Shown: positions 26,030 to 39,096, numbered from the stretch's first letter. The stretch: DNA of 64,000 nt from Octopus bimaculoides (GCF_001194135.2 NC_068989.1:60185053-60249052), one strand, 5' to 3'. Notes: generated by a model not told the origin, from the letters alone. Program-made: numbers and translations.

Positions 26030-27487
26030 TATTTCACGTTGTAATCATATAATAAATAATCTAATAAATAAAATACCGGACTGCGTGTATCTAAATGAGT
26101 TTATTACTTGGCGGTTAGCATTGTATAGTAAGTAGTAAGCTCCTTATAGTGAAAGCAGTAATCGGGTTTCAGTTCAAGGTTATAGGCTCTGCAGTATATT
26201 TACACACCAAACAATAGTGTAATAGGCTCAAACGCCACAAAGCATTAAGCCTCCCCTCGTATTACCTCTTATTACTTTAATGTTGAATGACACAAATGAT
26301 GTTATTCGACATGTTTTCTCGTGATAAACGCTTCACTTAAGGTATCTGCCCGGCCTGCCTGTAAATCTTCATTGGATGGAACAAGAAAAGAACCCATGAT
26401 TTTGACAAAGCCCTTATTGGTTACCCGTCTCTTGTCACACGCCTGTTGAATGGATGAGGCGGAAACATGCAGCAAAGTTTTATCATATAGACAAATAGGC
26501 GCTCTCGAATCTCGAATAGGACGCAAATCAGTTTCTGGGTAGAGTCGTTAGATGGATACGGAATCTGACAAGTGATGACCCATTATCCTGTGAAGCGCTG
26601 TTGAGCGAAAGGATTGCAAATGAAAAAATATATATGAATGAAAATAAATATCTAAATAAACGTGCATTATTATAATTCTAGAGAGTCAAAAATACGAATT
26701 CTTTATTCCCAGGGAATATCTTAAAATGAATTTGATAAAAAGATTAAATGTGCAATTCCGACAAACTTAATACGTTTACAAGACATCAAAGCTGACTTAA
26801 ATCAAGACAGACCTGAATGTAATCGTGTTATAACATTAAGACCAGATTGAGAATTTAAGCAACCCAGTTTTAAAAACGACTTAGTAACATTGTCTGAATG
26901 AGTTGCCGTAGACAGAGCAAGGCGCCTCTTTCANNNNNNNNNNNNNNNNNNNNNNNNNNNNNNNNNNNNNNNNNNNNNNNNNNNNNNNNNNNNNNNNNNN
27001 NNNNNNNNNNNNNNNNNNNNNNNNNNNNNNNNNNNNNNNNNNNNNNNNNNNNNNNNNNNNNNNNNNNNNNNNNNNNNNNNNNNNNNNNNNNNNNNNNNNN
27101 NNNNNNNNNNNNNNNNNNNNNNNNNNNNNNNNNNNNNNNNNNNNNNNNNNNNNNNNNNNNNNNNNNNNNNNNNNNNNNNNNNNNNNNNNNNNNNNNNNNN
27201 NNNNNNNNNNNNNNNNNNNNNNNNNNNNNNNNNNNNNNNNNNNNNNNNNNNNNNNNNNNNNNNNNNNNNNNNNNNNNNNNNNNNNNNNNNNNNNNNNNNN
27301 NNNNNNNNNNNNNNNNNNNNNNNNNNNNNNNNNNNNNNNNNNNNNNNNNNNNNNNNNNNNNNNNNNNNNNNNNNNNNNNNNNNNNNNNNNNNNNNNNNNN
27401 NNNNNNNNNNNNNNNNNNNNNNNNNNNNNNNNNNNNNNNNNNNNNNNNNNNNNNNNNNNNNNNNNNNNNNNNNNNNNNNNNNNNNNN

Positions 27488-27837
27488 ACTCTTTTACTTG
27501 TCATTGACAGCGGCCATACTGAAGAACCGCCTTTAGTTGAGTAAATCAACCCCAGGACTTATTCTTTGTAAGCCTAGTACTTATTCTATCGGTCTCTTTT
27601 GCCGAACCGCTAAGTTACGGGGACGTAAACACACCACCATCGGTTGTCAAGCGATGTTGGGGGGACAAACACAGACACAGAAACACATATATATATACAT
27701 ATACATATACATATATACGACGGGCTTCTTTCAGTTTCCGTCTACCAAATCCACTCACAAGGCTTTGGTCGGCCCGAGGCTATTGTAGAAGACACTCACC
27801 CAAGGTGCCACGCAGTGGGACTGAATCCGGAACCATG
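27488..27837 (-). mobile_element. SINE family C (head truncated)
   Basis: Collinear with 30716-31162, including ccttgggtgagtgtcttc and an internal microsatellite. Confidence 0.85.
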
Positions 27838-29460
27838 TGTGTGTATGTGTGTGTATGTATACATGTATATATATATATATATATAAAATTCAAATAAGTT
27901 ATCAATATCTATAAAAATAATGATAAAGTGGTCAGCAAACATAATACAAATAAGCAACATATATAATAAAAAGTCGGGGTACATTATGTAACCTATAATC
28001 CACTCTAAATGTTTCTCTATTTATAACCTCAGGTCGAATGCGATGGACTATATACGCGCGAAACGCATGTATATGTTGGCATCTGTACGAATATATTTAT
28101 AAGTATGTATATGTATTTCCCGCTTATATATTTGTCGCTGTACCTCTACTGAGGATTGCAAAGTAAACTTTATTACAGAGCATGAAATCTTAAGATATAG
28201 GATTATCCGAAATTTTGTAAATCTTCTTGGTTATTATCTCGCATTCGACCAGGATTTATAAATAAAGAAAAAAAGTAGAGTGGATTGTAAAGTATTTGAA
28301 ATGTATTTCTGGCGTATAGGCGCTAGCATTCCAGCTCGTTTAATTATAATTATATTTCTATAATTATATACCTAAAAATTAATTTTACCGATATGGTCAT
28401 ATGAGAGAGAGAGAGAGAGGGTTGAGGGAGAGAAAGAGAATTTAAACATGGATGCAATGGAATATGTTTTAATAAGAATCCTCGAAAGTGAAGATCAGTG
28501 ACTGAGAAACGATAGATGGTAAATTGACGAACTGGCAGTGTAGTTATAACGTTGGATGAACTGTCATTGTTCAGGCTGTCTTGGTCTGAGTTCAATTTCC
28601 GTGGATGTTAGCTTTACTTGTTATTCTTTTGGACTCGATTAAAAAATATACAGGCGGAATCGTTAAAGTTTGGTAAAAGGTTCGTTGTGGTATTTGTTTT
28701 GGATGTTTGTGTCTGTAACCGGGGTGGAAGTGTAAGTGGAGACTTAATCTATGAAGCAGTTACTTCACCTAGCACTCAAACTTTCTATCAAGTTGAGGAT
28801 CTATCAGGTTGAGGATTACTTCCGAAATTCCTCACTGAATTTCAAAAATAATTGTGATCCTGCTAAACAATTGAATAGAGAATGTCAAGTTTTTTTTTAT
28901 TAATTAGGCACAAAAGCGGATTATACATGAAACATCCATGTCACGTGATGTAGATGCATAAGAATGAGAAGGAATCTGGTGGGGAATTCTGTTTAGAAGG
29001 TGTGAAGGAATTGTGCTAAATGAAACCGTGATGAATGCAAACTATGAGAAAACTGAAGTTGTACATCAGGAAAATATTGGTAGTTAATGAGTGTTACTAA
29101 TTTAAAGAATAAAGCTTAAATACAAGGTGGGAATTAAATGGCAGGGTAAAAGGATTAATGAATGATAAAAGCAAAGACAAATACAGTCGTAAGATTACTC
29201 AAGAGTAAAATGAAGAAAAAAAAAAGAACCTGCTGAAGTAGATAAATAGACGGGTCGAAACATAATTTTAATCAATGTCAATCACGAACAAGTAAAAGAA
29301 TTGATGTTAAGCATAAATACAAAACATTGGGGTATCGATATTTGTAATACGGTAGTCAGAAAACTATATAAGCGAGATGGGTGTTTACTGGAAAATGCTA
29401 AGCTAATAAGAGGATAATGAAGACATTTCTGGTATGTCGTTACATGGAAGATTCAATCTT

Positions 29461-29498
29461 AATATACATAATTCCTCATCTCTTAAATACAGAACTAC
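29461..29498 (+). mobile_element. Terminal fragment of the same Penelope-like family
   Basis: tacataattcctcatctcttaaatacagaact matches the termini at about 15425-15456, 37185-37217 and 53186-53220. Confidence 0.6.
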
Positions 29499-30235
29499 AG
29501 AAGTGTTCGTGATGTGGCGCCTCCAAGGACACTCAAGGTTCTGTTGGAACTAGGAAACCATCTCTTCTTCAGGCAAGCCTATGTTCTCAATTTGCCAGAA
29601 GTACTGTTCGAACTATTCAATGAGTAAAGCCTAAGCATAGATTTGGCCTGTCAGTGTCTTTAATCTTAGGGATTCAGTATAAGAAAATATTCATAACCAT
29701 CACGATTTTATGTTTCTGAAGAACTAATATTCTTGTGTGTGTGTTGATGTTTTTAAATAACTGATTTAACGTTTCCTGGAAAGAAAGACTCATGTCTCTC
29801 TTCCTCCGAAAATCAAAACAAAAACAGTATTGTTATTACTTTATTCGGAGAAGTAATTATATAAATTACGTCAAAGAAATAAAATTCAAGGAAGTCTACG
29901 TTAAGAAAATTAAGAATATATTTTGGCAAAGCAAGATTAATTGGAATAAATTTCGATTTCCTTTAATATATCGAAGCAAAAAAAGAATGCTTTGAGCAAA
30001 AAAAAAAAATGTCTGTCGTTGCAGTTATTAAGAAAAACAAAACAATGGAATTTAATTTAAATAGGCAATAGAATAGTCATTTTCTATCTGCGAAAGTTTG
30101 AATTTTTCAAACTCATGAGGAAAAATTAATGTAAAGTGGTATTTTATAAACATAATAGATATGTCTGAAGTGGAAAATAATTTGTCTGTAGCCTCAGATC
30201 ATAGAAGATATAACGTAAACTACTCGAGATATTAT

Positions 30236-30451
30236 ATTGGTTTCAAGTTTAGGCACAAGACCAGCAATTTCGAGCGAGTAGTTAAGTCGATTACAAGGAC
30301 CCCAATACTCAATTGCTATTTATTTTATCGAGCCCAAAATGATGAAGGTAAGGTCGAACACGGCGGGATTTGAACTCTGAACGTAGAGACTGACGAAAGG
30401 CCACTAAGCAGTTTGCTCATCCTGCTAATGATTTTGTCCGATCGCTGCCTT
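30236..30451 (-). mobile_element. SINE family B
   Basis: Collinear diverged copy. Confidence 0.75.
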
Positions 30452-30715
30452 ACTCGTGGATGTATTAAGATGCAATACTTGATAAGTCACTAATATTGTT
30501 GAGACTAAGAACAGCGTCAATTGTATTTCCTTTCGCCCATTAAAAGAAAGTGAAGGTCCTGCGAAAATAAAGACACGGTGAATGGAATCCTTGGTCCTGT
30601 ATGTTTTTCGAGTTATTTCAATCCCATTATGTAGCCATTTACCCAGTGGAGATACATTCCATTGTAGAGTGCTCTTTGAGGCAGTTTGACAGTGTGGATG
30701 GCGGAGTTGAAAATG

Positions 30716-30919
30716 TTACTCTTTTACTCGTTTCAGTCATTTGACTGCGGCCATGCTGGAGCACCGCCTTTAGTCGAGCAAATCGACCCCAGGACTTATT
30801 TTTTGGAAGCCTAGTACTTATTCTATCGGTCTCTTTTGCCGAACCGCTAAGTTACGGGGACATAAACGCACCACCATCGGTTGTCAAGTGATGTTGGGGG
30901 GACAAACACAGACACACAA

Positions 30920-30990
<71 letters not shown>

Positions 30991-31162
30991 CACAGTCATA
31001 TATACAACGGGCTTCTTTCAGTTTCCGTCTACCAAATCCACTCACAAGGCTTTGGTCGGCCCGAGGATATAGTAGAAGACACTTGCCCAAGGTGCCATAC
31101 AGTGGTAATGAACCCGGAACCATGTGGCTTGTAAGCAAGTTACTTACCACACAGCCACTCCT
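30716..31162 (-). mobile_element. tRNA-derived SINE family C, full length
   Basis: Minus: aggagtggctgtgtggtaagt (A box), ccgggttcattacc (B-box-like), ggcaccttgggcaagtgtctt, internal (TG)/(TA) tract, ...gactgaaacgagtaaaagag tail. Confidence 0.88.
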
Positions 31163-31838
31163 ACGCTAAATGTTGGCAATTAATGCACTATAATGGCAAT
31201 TCCACCAGCTCTCCCTGGCTTTTCTGCACGGCTCTTGGCCTGAACAGCTACTTCATGAACCAGCACGCTTCGCACTCATCAAGATGAAGATATATTCGGA
31301 TACGAGTTAACGCCGACGACGAATCGATATAGCGTTGTCCTGTTGACTAAGATATTTGAATCTGAAGTATCTTAAGCACTCTGTATATATCAAGATATCC
31401 CATAAAGAAAGTGTTACTCATTAGTGCAAGGAAAAGCGGCAAAACTATAAAAACTGCATTGTTGTCTTGTAGTAACCTTGACATATGGTATATGATTCAT
31501 AACAGAATAGCGCTTCTTATGATAACCACTGAATTGTCTAGTTAATTTGGTTTTCTTTGTTGTTTAGCTCAAGGTAGTCAAGATTGAGAAATCCTGTGAT
31601 CTAAGGCATTCCAACCGTGACCGTCTCTTTTAAATTTAAATATAATATTGGATATTTACACTTTTCTCTAATACTGAAGTATATAAATGTTCGATCCTGA
31701 AGCATATAAATGTTTTCGTTCCTTCCCATAAAATAAACTTTTAAATTTCCCAAGAGCTTTAAAATCACAAGCAGTCTAGTCATAAAGGGTAAATAATTGA
31801 TCAAACGTTGACAACATAGTTATTACACACACTCTCTT

Positions 31839-31870
<32 letters not shown>

Positions 31871-31964
31871 CCTCTCTCTCACACACACACACAAATATAT
31901 GCGTATATGTGTGTGCATGCATACATATATGTATGCATGCGTATGCATATACATACATACTTAT

Positions 31965-32420
31965 ATAAACGTGATTAAGTGGAAAGTAATTGAGAAATCT
32001 ATACCTTATGTTAATGGATCGAATAAATGTAAGCTTTGCTTAGCTAAAAGAGCGCAGATCCTGTTCAGATCTAAGATCCCTAACTCTCTACTGAACTCTA
32101 GGTCAGAAGTTTTCAGCAGTTGCAAGCATGTGCATAAATATATTTTGAAGAGTTGAAAAATTCCACCAATTCCCGACTAACTTGTTGAAATCTTTCCAGC
32201 CTTATAATTTAACGTCTAAGGAGTATCGATCTTTTACCTTTTTACTTTTTATTTTTGAGTTTTCGTTTTCCGTGTTTTACCTTCTGCGTTTTCTATATGC
32301 TGCCTTCACAATTCCTTTAGTTCGGTATGTTATGTGGTTTGTGCCTGAAGAATGATTCAGATATTTCTCAACATATGAAACTATTACTTGCACTTAAAGA
32401 CGTGTATTGTGTCATTTATA
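31965..32420 (+). mobile_element. 3' end of a different PLE family (Neptune-like C-terminus)
   Basis: IKWKVIEKSIPYVNGSNKCKLCL...LLNSRSEVFSSCKH resembles the Cys-containing C-terminus of some PLE GIY-YIG proteins; degenerate CTGAAGA...GAAAC downstream. Confidence 0.7.
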
Positions 32421-32599
32421 TAAATATTTATCTCTCACCAGATGGATTACTTTTTCTGTTGAATTTTCTATCACGGAACAGTACATTATATATATATACA
32501 ATGAACCGCAAAAGAAACTCGATTTTTTCAAATGTCATTTTTATATGGTAAATTTCGAAAATTTCTTTCGGGGATGTAAGTGTAAATGTTCTAAGAAAT

Positions 32600-33045
32600 A
32601 CTGGTTTATGGCTGAGACCCAAATTGCAGGTAACGTTTCAACTTTCCCTGAAACAGTCGCACGTTCATCTCGTGGAGGTTATGTGTATAAACACAGACTT
32701 GAACCGCGTTTCTGGAATTCGCAATTTGAACGAGTAAGATGTTTGTGCCTTGTGTGGGACGTTGTGTGTGATTTGTGATTGCTGGTGTTGGTTTGCAGTT
32801 GGATGTCTTTTTAGGGGGGTACCTCTTGAATCCCTTCTTTTTCTCTTTGGTTCCACCTCGACGCTGCTTTCGGTTGGTGTTGTTTCCGTTTGGGTTTCTT
32901 CCTTCGGGCTCTTTTCGAGTTGCATTGCTGTTGTCTCGGTACGACTAGCCGCCAAGAAATTGGGTTGCTGTCGTCCTGCTCGAAGGCCTGTCCTCACCGC
33001 CCGCTACTGTCAGTCACGACTACAGTTGGCTACACATAAATATAT
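32600..33045 (-). mobile_element. Possible LINE 5' end / ORF1 fragment
   Basis: GC-richer island; minus ORF 32665-32997 is acidic/Thr-rich, then basic (KRKRRDSR); no diagnostic domain. Confidence 0.3.
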
Positions 33046-33209
33046 AAATACATGCGTACATACATACATAGAATTGAAAAGAGATGAAGAGAGAGAGAGA
33101 GAGAGAGAGGGGGGGATTAAGACGAGAAGCAGGAAGAAAGGATAGTGTCTGTTAATTCAAGAAATATGTACCTTATTAAAAGAATTTCGAACTTTTAACG
33201 CTGGAATTT

Positions 33210-33526
33210 TTTCTACTTCTTGAAGCCATTTGACAGCGGCCACGTTGGAAAACCGTCTTTTTTAGTCGAATGAATTTAGCTTTGTGCTTATTCTTTTCTA
33301 AAAGCCTGATAACTGTTCCAAAGATTTCTTTTAGTGAACCGCTAGTTACAGAGAACCGATAAGTTACAGTGAGGGACAAACATAGACAGAAGGAAACGCA
33401 CACACATATTAATTAATACGACAGCCTTCTTTCAGTTTTCCACTCACAAGGCTAAAGTAGAAGACACTTGCCCGAGGTGCCACGCAGCGGGACTGAGCCC
33501 AATTTCTTACTACAGAGCCACTCCTA
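33210..33526 (-). mobile_element. Degenerate SINE family C
   Basis: cactcacaaggct...gtagaagacacttgcccgaggtgccacgcagcgggactga...gccactcct. Confidence 0.7.
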
Positions 33527-34099
33527 CATTTTTACTAGAATACTTTCTAATAAGGCCTTTGATTGAATAGTTACTGATAAGGCCGTATCTGTATAGCGGC
33601 TCTCAAAGCATATGGTCCTCTTTGTTAATTAAATGATTTTATTACAAAAATATGAGAAATATGTTAATTCGGGATGTTCGATTAATCTGTTGTGGAAGTT
33701 ATCGTTGTTGTTGTGTAGCCCGAAGTCAAGCCTAACTGAGTAGAGCAATGATCAAATGTATTCCATTTATGACCATCCTGTCGGCATGGATTATTAGGAA
33801 TACATTATTCAACATTTCTTAACTATTTCAAAACTGCGTGGTGCAATTCAAGAGGAGGTGCAGCTAACTATTTTTAGTATATCGTATGATAATATAGAGT
33901 GCCACTCGTAAGCTTGAATTAATGTTGTGAAGTGCCGAAGTTGCAATCTGAGTGAAAGTAATCCTTTGTAAATACGTTTTTAACATTTGATAAATGAAAG
34001 AATGTTAACCTCGTTCTTCTTTCTTGTCAAACAATTTGATCATGGCAGAAATCGTTATTGAAAAACAACTGAAACAAAATTAAATCATTTCCTAATACA

Positions 34100-34820
34100 A
34101 TTAATCGCTCCAGTATAAATTAATCAGTCAAGTATCAAATTAATAACTCAAATTCAAAATTCAAAATTCAATACTCCAGCATAAAATTATTCAAACAAGT
34201 AGAAAATTAGAAACTCCAGTATGAAATTGCTCATTCAAGTATAAATTATTTACTCCCTTATAAATGTATCATCACCGTATAAAACTAATCACTCCAGTAT
34301 GAAATCAATCATTTGAACATAAGACTAGTCACTCCAATGTAAAACCAATCACTTGAATATAAAATCTATATCTCCAGTATAAACCATCAGACCCATTATA
34401 AAATCGATCATTCTAATATGAAATCAATCTCTCTCCAGTATAAGGCAATGTTTTCAGTATATAAATAAACACCACAATATAGAACAAATCACTCCAATAT
34501 AAAATCGATAATTCGAACATACAATCAATCACACAATTATCACTCAAATTCTATCGCTCCAGTATGGAATCAATCACCCCATTATAAAATCAGTTACCCC
34601 GACGTAAAACCAGTACCCCTAATGTGGAATTAATCACGTCAATATGAAATCAATATTTCCAGTATATAATCAATTATAATATTACTCATTCCAATATAAA
34701 CAATCATTCCAATATACAATCAATCGCTCCTATACGGAATCAATTGCTTCTGTATAAAATTACGCATTCCAATATAAGATTATTTACTCATGATAAAATC
34801 AATATCTCCAATATGAACTT
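34100..34820. repeat. Degenerate 20-bp minisatellite (consensus about aatcactccagtataaaatc), roughly 35 units
   Basis: Consecutive 20-nt registers visible, e.g. aatcactccagtatgaaatc aatcatttgaacataagact agtcactccaatgtaaaacc aatcacttgaatataaaatc. Confidence 0.85.
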
Positions 34821-36689
34821 AAAACAATAACTAAAGAAGGCGGCGCTAGACAATAATAGATAATCCAGGGAATTAATTTTTTAATAGTGTTGTCACAAAC
34901 AAGTTCAGGAATCGAATGGCAGAATGGAATCTCACGAAATTATTATTGTTTTCTGTTAGATAAAATATTGATGCCACAATTGATATATTTTCGGTAAATA
35001 TATTAATGAAGAAATTAAAACTAATTAGAGAAAGGACACTGAATCACAGAGAAATTATATAAGAAAAATGTGTCTTTATATATATAAAAATGTGTCTTTA
35101 TATATAAATGTTGTCGGCGGAAAGTGACACCATTCCAGTCATGTTCATCCCTTCTTAATTTCAGACATGAGGATATTCTTGTCAAGATGCACTGTGTAAC
35201 ATTACTTTTTAATGATCGTTGTGTGATTTGTAAAATGTCGAGCAACCAGAATGAGGCTCGCACGTCTGTTCGTCTATTGCTTGGTTACTTAAAGCTGTAC
35301 ACACCATAAACAGACTGAACAATTTTCTCATGGAACAATCTGCTAGCATTGACTTTATATGTTTCGTTTACAAGTTATGCTGGTTTCATATGCTACTGGA
35401 TGTTCAATTTGTTCATGCACAATGTTGATCTCGATTAACCACCCTGTCTTTGTTTTCAGATTGAACATTTTATAGTGTCTCTATAGTTTACTGTTCCTGG
35501 TTGTGGGCTCTCAGCTCAGTGAGGGAGTGGTGGGGAGACCGTTATAACACACGGTGTGTCTTAGGTATATCTAGCCCCGGAGGAGCCCATCTTTTTCTAA
35601 TCTGGACGCAACTGATTTTTCTAGAAACCGCGATAGACAGATAGAGAAACATATCGAAAAGCGGAGAGAATGATATTTAAACACAGAGCTGGAACGATTA
35701 CTACAAAGCAATCTGATCGACGCATTAATGGCTGCCAATTGGCCCCGTTTTGTGACTTTTTTATTCGAGGTTGACTGTACAAGACTTGAACATATTGAAT
35801 CTATAAGTTGTTCATTATTTATATTGTAGAGATATCTGTTTTTTGGAATATGGGAATATGCTAGCGATGGGGCATAGTGACTATATAATTGCTGAAATGT
35901 ATTATCAATGTATTGAGAGTAACTGCTGACTTTGGAAGCTATTTATATGTACAAATTTCACAGATTACCTCATAAAACAATCAAAGTTTCATGATGTCAT
36001 GACATTTTTCAATTTCAAAGACAATTCCCACTTGTTGAAACAAACGAGTGAAATTAAATAGCTATCATGTATCTTATTTCGTCTGCTTCGTCATAAGGCT
36101 AATAAGCCAAAATCATCAAACTTACTCTTCCTTTGTGGCATACCACTACTACAGAATGTAATGATATATACATTGAGTTCGAATGCGGTCTATTCAGTTT
36201 TTTATTCCTTTTGTTTTTAACTGAAATAAATAACATTTAATATAAAAGTGTGTACATTTATTTTTAACATGCCCCTATACACTAGAACGTGAAAGGGGTT
36301 CGCTGCCGGATTTTTTCTCGGCTAAATATATCTGCTTATAGACTTTGTGTGTAGCTTGGAAGTGATATCAATAAGTGACGTCAGCAAGCTAATAGTCACG
36401 GTGTTTTGGCATGAATTTACCTCTCAAAAGGCATACACACCTCGGTCATTTGGAGAAAAGCTATAAAATTTCTTCCTATATATAGTGGAAAAAAAAAGCA
36501 AATAATACATTTGCTGGTGCATACTGGCCAAGATGAGATTAATTTAGTGTAAGCATACGGTGTTACAAGAGAAAATAAGAAGGCATACATTATTTTGAAC
36601 ACGCTCCTACACACATGAACGTAGAAGACATTTGCTGCAAGATTTTATTTCATTTACGAATTTCCGTCTATATGTTTTTAGGGTAAAAA

Positions 36690-37217
36690 TACATGTGCCA
36701 AGTGCCATCCATACAGTTCACAATGGAAAATTGTGTATAGCTGATCATGTATGGAAATATGGAGACCACCTCCCCCTGTGGGATGAAGTTAAAATAATAG
36801 ACAGAACACCTCTGGAAAATACGAAATCTAAAAGAAGCAACACATATGCTAATACACAACAACCTCCTAAGCAGACAGAATGCAGATATGGGAACCGATA
36901 TTAGGGAAGGATAGGAAAATATTAGATTTATAAGCCCTAAAATTCACTCCAGAATTGCCCATGGGCATATGGTATAGTGGTTAAGAGCGCGGCCTGCTAA
37001 CCCCAAGATTCCGAGTTTGATTCCAAGCAGTGAGCTGAATAATAATAATAATAATATCGATAAATACCTTAGGAATGAGAACCCAGGTTCGAAATTTCCC
37101 CAAGACACCTGATAATGACCGAAACGTTGTGTTAACAACAAACAAATAAGCTGAAGACAAATATTTGTCAAATGTAAATAATGTATATAATTCCTCATCT
37201 CTTAAATATAGAACTGT
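36690..37217 (+). mobile_element. Penelope-like element 3' part (same family as 14791-15456)
   Basis: ADHVWKYGDHLPLWDEVKIIDR, then tRNA-like module 36963-37035, (AAT)n, damaged hammerhead 37104-37133, terminus cttaaatatagaactgt. Confidence 0.88.
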
Positions 37218-38534
37218 ATTAATATATGTAGTTGTTGAAATATTTATTCGCTACTTATGCATATATTTTTATAAAAAATCGTCAGTTCTTCTATGACAGA
37301 AATTACATAAGATCCCATGCTGTCTCGTCATACCGTGTAACTATCTGTTTCAATTTGTCTTCATTGAAAGTTCGATTAGATCTGTGATTTCGACAAAAGT
37401 TCCCCCTCGATTAGTAGTCAAAATGATTGTATAACAAAATTCTTCAGACTAAATAAAATCACTTTTGGTAAGAAATATTACTCACGAAGTTAAAGTGCAT
37501 AATATAAGAGGGCATCAAATTGGATGCAATAAGTAGCAAGCCTAACACGCCGCCCGGGTAAAGTTCTGCACTTAGTTTTTGGGTGCTTTGGTAGATTTCT
37601 GCAAAATGAAGCTTTGTGATATATATCAGATAATTGTTAAATCACATTCGATGTGTTACTGGTCAAGATCAGTCATGATTGATTAAGGCAATTAAATTAG
37701 TAGGAATAAGGCTGGATTCGATAGCACATTCCTTCTTGTCTCCTTCGTCTGTCTTGCACACACACAAATCCCCCACCCTCTCTCTCTCTCTCTCTCACAC
37801 ATACATTTATGTAATGATCGTCGAGGGACATAGTTTCTTATTCATTATTAAGTTTTGTCTGCATCCTGTTTCCATATTGTTTTTAGAAGATTTTCACATT
37901 ATTTCAAAACTATTTCTCTCATTAGTATTCATTGTTACTTTTGCTATTACTGTTTCAATTGTCCATCGAAATCTATTTAATGTTTGACTACTGTATATTT
38001 ACCAAAACACATACAATGCTGAGTTAATTACTGAGCCAATTAAATAAACACTAGTGCATTAATTGTAGTTATTTTACAAAACCCATGAGTACGATGGACT
38101 AAAGTCATACCAAAATGGTTTGAAACAGGAAAAATGAGGCACTGAAATAGATACAATTTCTTGTATATCGGGACCTTCTCGCCCCACACTTACACATATG
38201 TACACACAGACACTCAAAAACACCCATGCGCGCATACACACGTATCAATCAATAAAGCAATAAATCAATCGCTATTTATCGCTATTTGTGAGTTCATTTA
38301 GATGATTATTTCTAACTATATTCATTCAAGAATGAATGATTACAATTACTAATATTAGTAAGGGATGCAAAGGAGGCCTCAATTGGGCTGGTATCAAAAG
38401 GATTAACTTTTTTGTTGCCATCCCGCCTCACACTGTCCTTCTACGATACAAAGTTCCTGACTTGAAGTGATTTACGAGATTATAACGTTCTATTAAAATT
38501 TCATGTTAATCTACGTTCCAAATACCAGTTTGAT

Positions 38535-38722
38535 ATTGGGTTCAAATTTTGGCACAATGCCAACACTTTCGGGGACGTTGTAAGTCGATTACATCGATCC
38601 CAGTATTTAACTGGTATTTATTTTATCGATCCCGAGAAGGGACAGTACAGTTGACCTCGGCGGTATTTGAACTCAGAACGTAAACACGGACGAAATTTCG
38701 CTAAGCATTTTGCCCAGCGTGT
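38535..38722 (-). mobile_element. SINE family B
   Basis: Collinear copy, head slightly truncated. Confidence 0.75.
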
Positions 38723-39092
38723 TTGAGTGGACATAGAGTCACGCACAGTAAGCACAAGAATGAGCGTCGGGAGTAGCATGTGCTTCATCACTTCGTGGCT
38801 TCGCAGTCGTAGGAAATGAGCAATTACCTTCTACCATAACCAAAATCTTGAGAGTGAATTTGACAGAAACTATATTAGCTTGTCTGATAGATTTTTCTTG
38901 TCTGCAGTTGTAACCTTAACCAGTCATCCAGTTTAACGTAATCACAAAGCATGTAAATGACTAACCGAGATATGTTCTGCTATAAGTATTAAACGAGATC
39001 TGTTTCAAGATTACTTCCACCCTTTTTGTCACCTGTCTTAGAGAGTCTGAAAAGTGTCACGGGCGCTATTTTTCTTTCCCTGACTAAGACAT

Positions 39093-39096
<4 letters not shown>

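Noticed and set aside
26302-26620. GC-richer patch with a 74-aa minus ORF as a host exon
   Set aside because: No recognisable domain or convincing splice sites
18928-27549. Long ORFs of 146-274 aa in the track
   Set aside because: They span N gaps and are mostly X
29500-29626. Short open frame SVRDVAPPRTLKVLLELGNHLFFRQAY as an exon
   Set aside because: Short enough to occur by chance and no similarity I recognise
30725-30760. SINE C 3' hairpin cagtc-aaat-gactg followed by aaac
   Set aside because: Lacks an upstream CUGAnGA, so an ordinary stem-loop
34100-34820. CRISPR-like regular spacing
   Set aside because: Degenerate tandem units without unique spacers, no cas genes, eukaryotic context
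35512-35540. A-box-like tcagctcagtgag
   Set aside because: No B box or cloverleaf downstream
36376-36383. Single full CRE site TGACGTCA
   Set aside because: An isolated 8-mer is expected by chance in 64 kb
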